Origin: a virus
Taxonomy: Duplodnaviria; Caudoviricetes
DNA: 64,000 nucleotides
Virus record (IMG/VR): IMGVR_UViG_3300029959_000011
Span: 4,978 to 68,977 of that record
Direction: 5' to 3' (one strand)
The first letter of the stretch is position 1; each line of letters opens with the position of its first letter. A model generated the notes under the pieces. It did not search any database, was not told where the DNA came from, and saw only the letters and a list, made by a program, of their open reading frames with translations. The position numbers and the translations under genes were made by a program. This document shows positions 9,406 through 20,100 of this stretch, one piece after another.

Positions 9406-10980
9406 ATGAGCTATAAAGTAGGCACATACAGAACGACAGCGGAACTCTTAACGGCTCTTAGATCGTTTATGGTTACTGATTGCTCCCTGACTGAAAGAAG
9501 TTATACAACAGAAGGCACAGGATCAAGACTTTTAGTTTCAGATGCTAATGCACAATATAATTTCCGTACGGCAACGGATGAAGTAGTTTGCGATACACAA
9601 AGCGGTAATTTGACAGGTCTTGCAATGAATTTCGCTACTGCTTATGATGCGGCTGAAAATTGGGACACACAAACTAAATATATGAGATATTCAAGCGTAC
9701 CGAATATATATTATTATTTGCCTGACGGAGTGGATGATACTATAGTTCCAAAAACTAAAATTGACTTGACTGGGGATGAATATTCAATCGCTTTTAAAGT
9801 AGATGTTTCAAGCTCGGCAGGAACTTTAGGTGTCTTAATGGAAACCGCAGGCGGAACGCAAGGCTTTACTTTCTATCTGAAAACTACAGGCGGAAAAGCG
9901 TGCGGAATACAGATGGGTGGAAATTTAGTACAAAGTTTAATGACTACGGTTGATTTAGAAGCTACGGCAGGTGCGTTTGTAAGCGTAGTTTATACAGTTA
10001 AGCAATCCACAGGTTTTTATAAATTTTATTTTGACGGTGTTGAGGATAACGGCAGTATAGTAGGTTCACTACCTGTATTAAATTATACAACATTAAGTTT
10101 GTTCGCATCATACGCAAGTTCTGCATTGACGGATATGAAATTCCAAGATTTCGTATTTACAAATGATGTAATGACTATAACGGATGCCGAAAATCATACA
10201 AGCGGAAATATAAGCTCAATATCGAATAAATTAGTATGGTATAAATGCAATGAGCCAAATACTACAAGTGCGCCTTTCACAGATAAAACGATTGATTATA
10301 GCGGAAATGATAATCACGGTACGGCAACTAATATAACGGCAAGTACATTTTTTAATACTTATACAAATAGTGTTGCGGTAATGGCTAGTATAACGGCAGG
10401 CACTTATTACTTCTTTGCTAATGATGACGAATATGCTATTGTGCTAAAGAACTCAAGTAATGAGTATCAGCAAATATGTTTTGGGAAAGTACAAGGCACA
10501 GGAACTAATACTTGGATTTACGCAACCGGAACGATTAGCGGATATATAGCAAATTACTCAACAAACAATAAGTATATGCTATTCTCAGACGATGTATTAT
10601 TTACCGCAGTTAATTACGGTACTATGTTTATGTATAATTTAACTACTGATATTCAATATAACGATTACGACCCGACTTATATAATTGAAGCTCCAGTTGA
10701 CGATGTTACGGCAAGCACTATGGAAAAATTCCTAAGCGACCTTTGGGAGAAGGGCGTAAATCAGCTTAAACGGATTCCTCCTTTGAATAAATTATACTTA
10801 TTTTTAATGAGTGGATCGGATAGAAAATATATCGGTTATTCAGGTCTTACAAGATTAGTTAATATTACGAACACTGATGCTGAAACGGAAATAGTTTTAG
10901 GTAGCGATACTTTTAGAGTATTCCCGTTACACTCAGAAGCAGACACTTATTATTATAGAGGGATAGCGATAAAAAAATGA
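9406..10980 (+). CDS. Virion structural protein with inserted LamG/ConA-like domain
   Basis: MSYKVGT..ELLTALRSF start; central beta-sandwich with YKFYFDGVE and DYSGNDNHGT motifs. Confidence 0.55.
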   Translation: MSYKVGTYRTTAELLTALRSFMVTDCSLTERSYTTEGTGSRLLVSDANAQYNFRTATDEVVCDTQSGNLTGLAMNFATAYDAAENWDTQTKYMRYSSVPNIYYYLPDGVDDTIVPKTKIDLTGDEYSIAFKVDVSSSAGTLGVLMETAGGTQGFTFYLKTTGGKACGIQMGGNLVQSLMTTVDLEATAGAFVSVVYTVKQSTGFYKFYFDGVEDNGSIVGSLPVLNYTTLSLFASYASSALTDMKFQDFVFTNDVMTITDAENHTSGNISSISNKLVWYKCNEPNTTSAPFTDKTIDYSGNDNHGTATNITASTFFNTYTNSVAVMASITAGTYYFFANDDEYAIVLKNSSNEYQQICFGKVQGTGTNTWIYATGTISGYIANYSTNNKYMLFSDDVLFTAVNYGTMFMYNLTTDIQYNDYDPTYIIEAPVDDVTASTMEKFLSDLWEKGVNQLKRIPPLNKLYLFLMSGSDRKYIGYSGLTRLVNITNTDAETEIVLGSDTFRVFPLHSEADTYYYRGIAIKK

Positions 10981-12491
10981 CAGCATTTGCCGGAGTAAAA
11001 ATACCAAGTTACGCTGATGACTTATACGAAAAATACCACATAGAGTATGATGGCGAATTTATTAGTTTAATTGCAATAGGTAGAATTGAATATGACGCTA
11101 AATATGACTTGAAAGTATGGAATTTATTTTACGATGCAGATAAGACATATTCGTCAATAGATGTTGCAGGCAATGCAGGCGTGTCGGTAGTAGATAATAA
11201 TTCGAGTACAACTATAGTAAGCCTTGAAAATAACGAATTTGAATTATATATTACGGAAACTGGTAAATATTTAATCAATAATACAATTACTTGGGATTTT
11301 CCAAGTGGCGATCCTGTATTAACGCTTACAGGTACACGAGGAGTAATATTGCCATATAGGCCGGAACGAGAAATAACCGAATCGCTCAAATTCGCAACTG
11401 ACATAATCGAAAGCTACGATGGCGATGAGCAGAGAATACCAATGCGCTTTAGTCCAGAACAGGCATTTACATTCAAATATTATCTTGAATCAGGCGACTA
11501 TGACAGCTTAGAGCTGATATTCTTACTACAAAACACTAAATTTTATATTCCAATTTGGACTATGAAAACGAGAACGGCAGATAATTTGCCATATTCAACT
11601 CCATTAAGAGTACGATGCGATACAACGGGCAGAGGTTTTACTATTGGCGATTCTATAATTATATGGGATGCTAAAACGAATTATGAAGTAGTGACAGTAT
11701 CGGCAGTTGACGCTACATATCTGGAATTTACTGAAACTCTTACAGGCACTTATACTAAGCCGTATGTAATTCCAATCAGGCAGACATTTATCGAAGGCAC
11801 AACCAAGTCCGTATTCACGAAACATAAAGAAGGCTATTATAACTTTAATTATAAGATAGCAGAACCGCTTATTATTACAGGTTATTTACCTACATACAGT
11901 CTTAATTCTATTCCTATTATATATGACTACAATCATTATGACGGTGATACCAATACAAGCAATTTTAAAACAGGCAATCAGTTTATAGATTTCAATACAG
12001 GCTTAGTCAATGTAAAACCGTTTTGGACAGTACCGAAAGAGATCAAAGGCTTTGGCTGGTACAAAAACACATTTGCCGAAATTTACGAATTATACCAATT
12101 CTTGCATTATATTAAAGGCAGACAAAAAGTATTTTATGCGCCTACATTCTACGGTGATTTCCAATTAAGTTCCGCTTATACAAGTACAGATACTTACATT
12201 GATGTAGTTAATAACGGACAAGACGAATTGTACAATTCAGACCGCAGGAACGCTATTGTGGTATGGCTTAACGGAACAGCATATCCAAGACAGATAAATT
12301 CTATTATCGAAAATACAGACGGCACATTACGGGTAACTTTAGCAAGTGCATTTGGCGTAAACTTAGCATCAGGCAGTTATGGCAGTTGGCTTGTACCGTA
12401 TAGATTGGATAGCGATACTATTGAGCTTAAGTGGGATATGGTAGGCGAGATTAAAATAAGCACTACATTCTGCGAAATAAATAATAACTAA
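10977..12491 (+). CDS. Distal tail (Dit-like) protein
   Basis: ESLKFATDIIESYDGDEQRIPMR..P and FLHYIKGRQKVFYAPTF motifs. Confidence 0.55.
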   Translation: MTAFAGVKIPSYADDLYEKYHIEYDGEFISLIAIGRIEYDAKYDLKVWNLFYDADKTYSSIDVAGNAGVSVVDNNSSTTIVSLENNEFELYITETGKYLINNTITWDFPSGDPVLTLTGTRGVILPYRPEREITESLKFATDIIESYDGDEQRIPMRFSPEQAFTFKYYLESGDYDSLELIFLLQNTKFYIPIWTMKTRTADNLPYSTPLRVRCDTTGRGFTIGDSIIIWDAKTNYEVVTVSAVDATYLEFTETLTGTYTKPYVIPIRQTFIEGTTKSVFTKHKEGYYNFNYKIAEPLIITGYLPTYSLNSIPIIYDYNHYDGDTNTSNFKTGNQFIDFNTGLVNVKPFWTVPKEIKGFGWYKNTFAEIYELYQFLHYIKGRQKVFYAPTFYGDFQLSSAYTSTDTYIDVVNNGQDELYNSDRRNAIVVWLNGTAYPRQINSIIENTDGTLRVTLASAFGVNLASGSYGSWLVPYRLDSDTIELKWDMVGEIKISTTFCEINNN

Positions 12492-12501
12492 GAGGTTGTA
12501 A

Positions 12502-13332
12502 ATGACCGATTTCAATACATACGAGCTTTCGACAGATAATTCAGCACCAGTAGAGTTGTTTAAATTCGAGTGCCTCGATATTTTAGGTAATGTAACAAGG
12601 GCTTGGTATTACACAAATTATACAAGCGATATTATATATCCTGCGGCAACAAATACTTATAAAGCAATGCAGATAGTGCGCTCAAAAATAAATACTACCG
12701 ATAATCCTGAAGACAGCCAAATTACTATTGATATTAGGAGTTCTGCACAAATAGTTAAGGATAATATAAGCAATTACGCTGATGAGAATATTAAAGTTAC
12801 TATATATAAACAGCAGAATCTTACTTACACTAATACGATATTTACAGGCAATGTAATACAATTCAAGATAAATCCACTCACTTGCCAAATTGCATGTGAT
12901 CCTGGACTGTCAACTACTCGCAGGCCGATATTGTTCTATATATATAGTTGTCAATGTATGATACCGCTATACTCGTTAGCTTGCGGAGTAAATAAAGACG
13001 CTTATAAAGATACCGCTACTGTAACAGGAATAAGTGGCAGAACGGTATATTATAGTGGAGCAAATACTGATAACAGCGGATTCTATAAAGCAGGCATAAT
13101 TAAAATGACAGACGGACAAGCTCGTACTATACAGTCGCATCACGGTAATAGAATAGAGATAGTAAGACCTTTTAGGGAACTTGAAGCAGGCGATACGATT
13201 TATTTATTTAGAGGATGCGATCATACGGTAAAATCTTGTACTGATAATTTCAATAATATAGCTAATTATAAGGGCTTTCCGTTTATGCCCGATAGAAGTC
13301 CATTTGCAGGTAATGGCGTGGAGGCAGTATAA
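12502..13332 (+). CDS. Tail hub protein (DUF2163/BR0599-like, gpL-like Cys motif)
   Basis: C..PLYSLAC and C-terminal RGCDHTVKSCTDNFNNIANYKGFPFMP. Confidence 0.8.
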   Translation: MTDFNTYELSTDNSAPVELFKFECLDILGNVTRAWYYTNYTSDIIYPAATNTYKAMQIVRSKINTTDNPEDSQITIDIRSSAQIVKDNISNYADENIKVTIYKQQNLTYTNTIFTGNVIQFKINPLTCQIACDPGLSTTRRPILFYIYSCQCMIPLYSLACGVNKDAYKDTATVTGISGRTVYYSGANTDNSGFYKAGIIKMTDGQARTIQSHHGNRIEIVRPFRELEAGDTIYLFRGCDHTVKSCTDNFNNIANYKGFPFMPDRSPFAGNGVEAV

Positions 13333-16300
13333 TGTGGTGGAGTTTAGCAATATGGGGTTTATCTTTAGTTGTGGCGTGGCTTACAGCTCCAAGAATACCT
13401 AAAGATAAAACACAAGAGCCGGATTTAAAAGAATTTAATGCACCTACTGCGGAACAAGGCAGGGCTATTCCAGTAATATTTGGTAAACAGAAGTTAACAG
13501 GATCGAATGTAGTATGGTGGGGCGATCTTGGCGCAAATGGAGATAATTATCAAGCTGGCATTCATCAGATTTATTGTTTAGCTCCAATAGATATAATTAC
13601 CGCTATTTGGGATGGCGACAAAAAATATACGGTAAGCTATACAGAAAATACAGTTGCTCCTGCATCTTCTGTGCTAGATAAAGTAGGCTCTTATCAGGGC
13701 GATTTATTTATTGAATTTGGCGAATTAAATCAGGATGTTAATGCTTATTTAGATTATTATTCAGCAAATACAAGTGAAACAACTAATCCGTTATACAGAC
13801 AGACAGGTTATATTCCTACATTCAGAGGTTTTTTCGGCACTATATTTGGCGGAAATTTATATTCAACTTATACAGGTGTACCTGCTGATGATACATCTCT
13901 GGGATTAAGCCCTACGCCGCAATCTTTATCAGTAGAATTAAAACGAATTATGAGGCAGTCGGATTTTAGCGAACAGTGGTTTCCGGCTAAAGCCGAAATC
14001 GGTTCAAATGGTGCGATGAATGCAGTGCATATTATCAGAGAAGCTATTACAAGTAAGGAATGGGGATTAGGTCATTCGGCAAACCTTATCGGTACGAGCT
14101 TTCAATCTTATGCGGTAATGGCATATAACGAGGGATTCGGGCTTGGAATAACTCTTGATAGAGCTTCTATACAAGCCGGCGATTTAATTCAGCAAGTACA
14201 GGAATATATTGACGGCTTTGTATATCAGGATAATAACGGATTATATCAGATTAAACTCGCAAGAGATAATTACGATATTGATGATTTGACTACTTATGAC
14301 GAAAATGATTATACAGAAATTAAAGATTTTACACGAGGCACACCATTAAATATGACTAATCAGATAGCCCTGACTTATACCGATCCTACTACATGGAAGA
14401 AAGCTACTGTTTATGTCCACGACGCTGCCGCATTTATGAAACAAGGCTGTATTATATCATCTTCTATAAGCAGAGAATGGATTATGGATGTAGAATTAGC
14501 TCAGAAAGTAGCCGCTAAAGAACTGAGAATAGCTACAAGCCAATTAGCTAAAATGACAATTAGCGGTAATAGAAATTTCGGAACGCTTAATCCGGGCGAT
14601 GTATTCAGAATTAACAATAGTGACTTAGGGCTTGTCGGAATAGTATTCAGGGCATTAAAAGTAGATAAAGGCGAATACGAGAATAACAAAGTTGAAATAC
14701 AATGTATAGAGGATGTATATGCAATCGGGCAAGGTTTATATGCTACTCCTAATTCAACTACTTACGATGCGGCTTTGAACGATCCGCTTGAGAGTACAGA
14801 TTATTTTGTGGATGAAGTGCCGTATTGGATATTGCAGAATGAATATTCGTATGCGCCAACTACTGATTATGGATATATAATGACATTACAGCAGAAGCCT
14901 TCAAGCGAATGCTTATTTTATGAGCAATGGAAATATGTAGGTTCTGCTTATGTTCAATATGGAGATGGTTATTTTGCTTATCATAACAGCTTAATGAATG
15001 ATTTAGGTTATGTTACTGAAGCAGATATACCGTTAAATGACAATATTGATTCTGATATAGTTACAGGAGCAGGCGTATATATTATAGTACAGAATAGCGA
15101 TTATACTAATTATGAGATTATGGAATTATTGTCAGTTGATACGACTGCTATGACTATGACTGTAAAGCGTGGTTGCATGGATACTGTACCGCAATATCAT
15201 CCGGCAGGTTCTGATGTATGGTTTGCTAATATGACGGCAAATAGAGGTTTTATAGATGCCGAATTTGCTAATGGTACGAATAAAGTAAAATTACTTAATC
15301 AGACAGAATCAGGCGGTGTATTACTCGCTGACACTACTGAAATAAGCAAGGTGTTAGCTAAGAGGTATGAATTGCCGTACAGACCTAGAATCGTTAAAGT
15401 TGACAGCGATTTGCCTGATAATTACGGAATTGTAGTATTAAACGATTCGCAAGACACAGTAGTTACTTGGAATAACTCAGACAGAACTGATTTAGTAAAT
15501 TTCTATGATTCTTATAATACGGGAGCTACCGATAACGAAGCAGGACAGACAACTACTATTGAATTTTTCGAGCCGGAAGACAATTCGTTAACTACTGTTA
15601 TCAATAGCACTCCAATAGTAATAGCGGCAGGATTGCAGACTGCGACATATACAGCGGCAGACGAAGCTACTGATTTTAGTGCAGTTACGGATAAATGGAT
15701 GAAAGTATATTCAAACAGGTCGGGATATGACAGCTTTCAAGCATGGAAGATTATGGTAGTAAGAATGTTTACTCCTACAATATCGTATGTAAGCCCTTAT
15801 ATTAAAGTAACGGCAGGCGGAAGATCATTTCTTCATAAAAGAATATTCTATGAAGTAAGCTATAATTGGGTAGAACCTGCCGATCCGACTATTGATAGCA
15901 GAAACCTTAATACATGGCACGATACCACTATAAGTGGGTCTTTTACAAGACTTCCTCCAGATCAACCACCAAATCAAAGTCTTAATCCTACCTATAAAGT
16001 AAATTATAGAGCAGGAAAAACATGGGTTAAAGCTATTCAAATAGATATGAAAACAAATAGCGTAAGTACAATAGCAGAGAAACGCTATTTGACACCTACG
16101 ATAAATGTAACTTCATCAGTTCCAGGTACTTATGCAGGATTTGGCTTGACTTGGGAAGGAACTTATTATACTTCTGCTGATATAGTATATTATTATACAA
16201 CAGACGGTTCTGAACCTATAGACCCTAATACTGGTGGAGGATCGGATTATACGAGTGGATGGCTATCGTTCGCTCCTTCGGTAAATACATTATGGGTTAA

Positions 16301-16361
16301 AGCAAGAACATATAAAGATGGAATATATGGTGAAACATTAGCAGAATATCAAGGATTATAA
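13332..16361 (+). CDS. Tail tip / central fibre protein (gpJ-like)
   Basis: PTAEQGRAIPVIFG..GSNVVWWGDL start, MNAVHIIREAITSKEWGLG, VKRGCMDT; C-terminal VYYYTTDGSEP module. Confidence 0.75.
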   Translation: MWWSLAIWGLSLVVAWLTAPRIPKDKTQEPDLKEFNAPTAEQGRAIPVIFGKQKLTGSNVVWWGDLGANGDNYQAGIHQIYCLAPIDIITAIWDGDKKYTVSYTENTVAPASSVLDKVGSYQGDLFIEFGELNQDVNAYLDYYSANTSETTNPLYRQTGYIPTFRGFFGTIFGGNLYSTYTGVPADDTSLGLSPTPQSLSVELKRIMRQSDFSEQWFPAKAEIGSNGAMNAVHIIREAITSKEWGLGHSANLIGTSFQSYAVMAYNEGFGLGITLDRASIQAGDLIQQVQEYIDGFVYQDNNGLYQIKLARDNYDIDDLTTYDENDYTEIKDFTRGTPLNMTNQIALTYTDPTTWKKATVYVHDAAAFMKQGCIISSSISREWIMDVELAQKVAAKELRIATSQLAKMTISGNRNFGTLNPGDVFRINNSDLGLVGIVFRALKVDKGEYENNKVEIQCIEDVYAIGQGLYATPNSTTYDAALNDPLESTDYFVDEVPYWILQNEYSYAPTTDYGYIMTLQQKPSSECLFYEQWKYVGSAYVQYGDGYFAYHNSLMNDLGYVTEADIPLNDNIDSDIVTGAGVYIIVQNSDYTNYEIMELLSVDTTAMTMTVKRGCMDTVPQYHPAGSDVWFANMTANRGFIDAEFANGTNKVKLLNQTESGGVLLADTTEISKVLAKRYELPYRPRIVKVDSDLPDNYGIVVLNDSQDTVVTWNNSDRTDLVNFYDSYNTGATDNEAGQTTTIEFFEPEDNSLTTVINSTPIVIAAGLQTATYTAADEATDFSAVTDKWMKVYSNRSGYDSFQAWKIMVVRMFTPTISYVSPYIKVTAGGRSFLHKRIFYEVSYNWVEPADPTIDSRNLNTWHDTTISGSFTRLPPDQPPNQSLNPTYKVNYRAGKTWVKAIQIDMKTNSVSTIAEKRYLTPTINVTSSVPGTYAGFGLTWEGTYYTSADIVYYYTTDGSEPIDPNTGGGSDYTSGWLSFAPSVNTLWVKARTYKDGIYGETLAEYQGL

Positions 16362-16375
16362 TACAGGAGGCACGA

Positions 16376-17146
16376 ATGGAGGAACATATAGAAATAATAC
16401 AAGGGCTACTTAAAGACGGCAAGTCTTACAAAGATATTGGAATGAAATTAGGATGGGATTATCGTAAAGTACGCAAGACTATTTTAACTGAACCTGAATT
16501 ACTTAAATATGATAAGGAATTTATGGCTGAAACTCGCAAAGAGGAATTAGGTAAAATAAAAATATCTAAAGGTATAGATATTGTATCTACGACAAATGTA
16601 GAGCGTACAAAGCTAACCGATCAGACTATAACTAATATCGTAGCAGGATTATCATTTTTAGGTAAGAAAGAAGACGAGATAGCAACAATATTAGGTCTGC
16701 CTACTGAAGCTATAACTGATCTCGTACAGAATGTTCCGACTTTAAAAATATGTTATAAAGATGCTATTGATGTAGCCAATAGTAAGGTAGTAATGGGTTT
16801 AATGGAGGCTATATTGCCGGGAACTATACAAGAGCGTATATATGATGTAACGGAAGTTCCTGATTTGGCAACTAATGAAATTAAGCAATTAAAGAAATTG
16901 GTAAAAATAGTTGAAAAGGATTATAAAGGCAATGTTGACGGTATGCTTAAATGGCTACAAATATACTATCCTGAACGATTCGCTACTAAAGCGAATAACG
17001 ATCTTAATCCTGAAGAATATGGCGTGCTTAAAGTTGATGGCGATGATGATGATGTTGACGATGTTCTTTGGGAAAAACAAACCGAAATGCAACAGGTAAA
17101 ATTAGCGAATGAAATGGCAAAACAAAAAAAACTGATAGATAAATAA
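16376..17146 (+). CDS. terS: Terminase small subunit (putative)
   Basis: HTH-like segments; directly upstream of and overlapping terL. Confidence 0.55.
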   Translation: MEEHIEIIQGLLKDGKSYKDIGMKLGWDYRKVRKTILTEPELLKYDKEFMAETRKEELGKIKISKGIDIVSTTNVERTKLTDQTITNIVAGLSFLGKKEDEIATILGLPTEAITDLVQNVPTLKICYKDAIDVANSKVVMGLMEAILPGTIQERIYDVTEVPDLATNEIKQLKKLVKIVEKDYKGNVDGMLKWLQIYYPERFATKANNDLNPEEYGVLKVDGDDDDVDDVLWEKQTEMQQVKLANEMAKQKKLIDK

Positions 17147-18573
17147 TGATAAAACAATCTGAAAATATTGTTTGGAAACCACAGAAAGGCAGTCAGGTAT
17201 TAGCCCTGAGTTGTCCTATTGAAGAAATCCTGCTTGACGGCCCTAGAGGAACAGGTAAATCTGAAACTTTATTAGTAAAATTTATGAAAGAAGTCGGTAA
17301 AGGCTACGGCACAGATTGGCGTGGTATAATATTCCGTACAGAATATAAAGAGCTTGACGATATAGTTAAAAAAGCTAATAAGTTAAGAGCTAAAATATTC
17401 CCGAAAGCAAGATTTTATAAATCGGCTAAAGAGTATAAAATCGTATGGTCAACTGGAGAGGAATTATTATTTAGAGCAGGCAAGACTGACGAAGATTATC
17501 AAAGCCACTATCACGGTCACGAATACGCATTTTTAGGATTTGAGGAGTTGACTAACTGGCCTGATCCTGATTTTTATTTATCAATGAAAACAACAGTCAG
17601 GTCTGCAAGAATGGGTATGCCGTATTTCTGTATAGCGACTACTAACCCATACGGAATAGGGCATCACTGGGTTAAAGAGCGGTTTTATGATAAAGACCCT
17701 GTTGGAGGAAAGATTATTATAGATGTGTCGCCAAATGGGATGACAAGGAAAAGAGTTCGTATTTATACATCTTTACAGGAAAATAAGGCACTGTTAAGAG
17801 CCAGACCGACTTATATAGCAGATATTATGAGTTTGAAAAATAAAGCGAAACGAGATGCGTGGTTATATGGCGATTGGAATATAGCGGCAGGCGGATATTT
17901 TGAAGAGTATTGGAATCCGAGATATAATGTAGTTACTCCGTTTACAATACCTAAATCTTGGAAAATTGACCGTTCGCTCGACTGGGGATATACTAAGCCG
18001 TTTAGCGTAGGGTGGTGGGCTGAATCAGACGGTTCTGATGTAGTATTGCCTAACGGTTCTTTTATGCCTACGATAAAAGGCGACTTACACCGTATTCACG
18101 AGTGGTATGGCAAGACGGAAGGTCAGATAAATGTAGGCTTAAGAATGGGGTCAACTGATGTGGGATTAAGGATAGTTGAGATTGATAAGAAGATAGAAGA
18201 ATTATACGGCATTAAAGTTGTTCCAGGCGCAGCCGATTCCCAAATATACAGCCAATCCGATCAGGTAATAACTACTGCACAGCAAATGGCAAATGTAGGT
18301 TGTTTTTGGCGCAGGTCGGATAAGGGATCAGGTAGTAGAGCAACAGGCTGGCAGTTAATGGGCGAAATGATGGAAGGCGCAATGACAAGAGAGCGTAAGG
18401 GTTTATTTATATGGAATACCTGCAAGGATTTTATTAAATATGTGCCACGCTTGATGCAGGATAAAGTAAATTTAGACGATATTGATTCAGATCAGGAAGA
18501 CCACATTGCAGATGAGGCACGATACAGAATACAGACTAAAGAACATTCGACCACAGTCGGATTTTATAACTAA
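17146..18573 (+). CDS. terL: Terminase large subunit
   Basis: Walker A GPRGTGKS, Walker B FLGFEELT, ATTNPYGIGHHWVK, nuclease SLDWG and EDHIADEARY. Confidence 0.95.
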   Translation: MIKQSENIVWKPQKGSQVLALSCPIEEILLDGPRGTGKSETLLVKFMKEVGKGYGTDWRGIIFRTEYKELDDIVKKANKLRAKIFPKARFYKSAKEYKIVWSTGEELLFRAGKTDEDYQSHYHGHEYAFLGFEELTNWPDPDFYLSMKTTVRSARMGMPYFCIATTNPYGIGHHWVKERFYDKDPVGGKIIIDVSPNGMTRKRVRIYTSLQENKALLRARPTYIADIMSLKNKAKRDAWLYGDWNIAAGGYFEEYWNPRYNVVTPFTIPKSWKIDRSLDWGYTKPFSVGWWAESDGSDVVLPNGSFMPTIKGDLHRIHEWYGKTEGQINVGLRMGSTDVGLRIVEIDKKIEELYGIKVVPGAADSQIYSQSDQVITTAQQMANVGCFWRRSDKGSGSRATGWQLMGEMMEGAMTRERKGLFIWNTCKDFIKYVPRLMQDKVNLDDIDSDQEDHIADEARYRIQTKEHSTTVGFYN

Positions 18574-18585
18574 TAAGGAGTTATT

Positions 18586-20100
18586 ATGACAACACCAGTC
18601 AATCAGTCAACAGTAAATTCGGTTATCATATCTACGGTAGCTAAACACCCAAAATATGAGCTTATGTACGATATTTGGCAACAGCTAAAGGTTACAGGCG
18701 AGTTAGGCGAACGGGAAGTAAAATTACAGGGTGAAACATATCTGCCTAAAACATCAGGTCAGCTTAAAGACGGTACTGATGGAAATACAAGATATGAAGC
18801 ATATAAGCAAAGAGCCGTATTCTATAACTATGTAGGCGATACGGTAAGTAAGGGATTAGGCATGTTACATACTAAGGCTTCTGTATATAAATTACCAAAA
18901 GCACTTGAGCCGATATTAAAATCATTTACCATAAATGGCGAACCGCTTGACAGCTTCCATAGGGATTTGAATAAAGCGCAATTAAATCCAAGCCGAATAG
19001 GACTTTTGGTTGATATGCCTGAAACTATTGATGCTACATTTATACCTTATATAGTTAAATATAATGCCATGTCAATAGTAAATTGGGATGAATCGCTTGA
19101 TCCGATAACTAAAGATATAAAGTATAATTGGATATTATGCGATGAAAGTTGTTATACATTTGACCAGAAAACTAAATCGTGGACACCGGAAGAAAAATAC
19201 AGGCTATTCGCATTAAGAAATGGAATTAAAGGCAAGGAATATTATACAGCTAATATTACTCCGTCGCAATGGACTACTTGGAATATAGAAAATCCTGACG
19301 AAAGTTTGATAACAGTACCTCGTCTTAATGGCAAATCCTTAACACTTATTCCTTTTGTTATATGTAATGTAACAAATATAAACGGTGAACCGGAATATCC
19401 GCTACTTGAAAATCAGTCTAATCTATCATTATCGCTATACAGGCAAGACGCAGATTATAGACAAGCCTTATTTATGCAAGCATTTTCCATACTTGCGTTA
19501 TTAGGATTTACCGAAGATGAGGTTAAGGGTGGAGTCTATATTGACAGCGCAATACGATCAACAAACGAAAAAGCTAAAGTAGAATACGCAGGCGTGAATG
19601 GTAACGGCTTAATGGAAATGCGTGAAGCTCATAATGCACTTAAAAACGATACGAGAAGCGCAGGACTGAGAATAAGCGAGAAGGAAGGCGTAGAAAGCGG
19701 TAAGGCACTTGAGCAAAGAATAGCATTAACAACAAATGATCTGCTTACAATAGCCAAGACATCGGGCGAAGCAATAACTAAGTTGTGTATGATAATAGCT
19801 GAATGGATGGGCTTATCTGATGCTGAAAAGGCAGAAATAAGCATTGTTCCTAATACCGATTTCAATTATCAGCTAATTCCTGCAAGAGATGTATTCGATA
19901 TGTATCAGGTAGTAGCGCAGGGTGGAATGACTAACGAGGATTACTATAATTGGCTGAAACAGAACGACTTGACTAAATTTCAAACCTATGGCGAATGGAA
20001 GAAAGCTGAACGAGCAGAAATAATTGATTTTAGTAATACTGTAAACAATACAATTACAGAAGGACAAGATGACGACAGTCAATCAGAAGATACAGAATGA
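18586..20100 (+). CDS. Portal protein (DUF4055-like)
   Basis: YLPK..YEAYKQRAVFYN, IPFVICN, NLSLSLYRQDADYRQAL; follows terL. Confidence 0.85.
   Translation: MTTPVNQSTVNSVIISTVAKHPKYELMYDIWQQLKVTGELGEREVKLQGETYLPKTSGQLKDGTDGNTRYEAYKQRAVFYNYVGDTVSKGLGMLHTKASVYKLPKALEPILKSFTINGEPLDSFHRDLNKAQLNPSRIGLLVDMPETIDATFIPYIVKYNAMSIVNWDESLDPITKDIKYNWILCDESCYTFDQKTKSWTPEEKYRLFALRNGIKGKEYYTANITPSQWTTWNIENPDESLITVPRLNGKSLTLIPFVICNVTNINGEPEYPLLENQSNLSLSLYRQDADYRQALFMQAFSILALLGFTEDEVKGGVYIDSAIRSTNEKAKVEYAGVNGNGLMEMREAHNALKNDTRSAGLRISEKEGVESGKALEQRIALTTNDLLTIAKTSGEAITKLCMIIAEWMGLSDAEKAEISIVPNTDFNYQLIPARDVFDMYQVVAQGGMTNEDYYNWLKQNDLTKFQTYGEWKKAERAEIIDFSNTVNNTITEGQDDDSQSEDTE

Noticed and set aside
17146-18573. Intron or intein in terminase or replication genes
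   Set aside because: Lengths and motif spacing are normal, with no homing endonuclease or splice-junction motifs seen.
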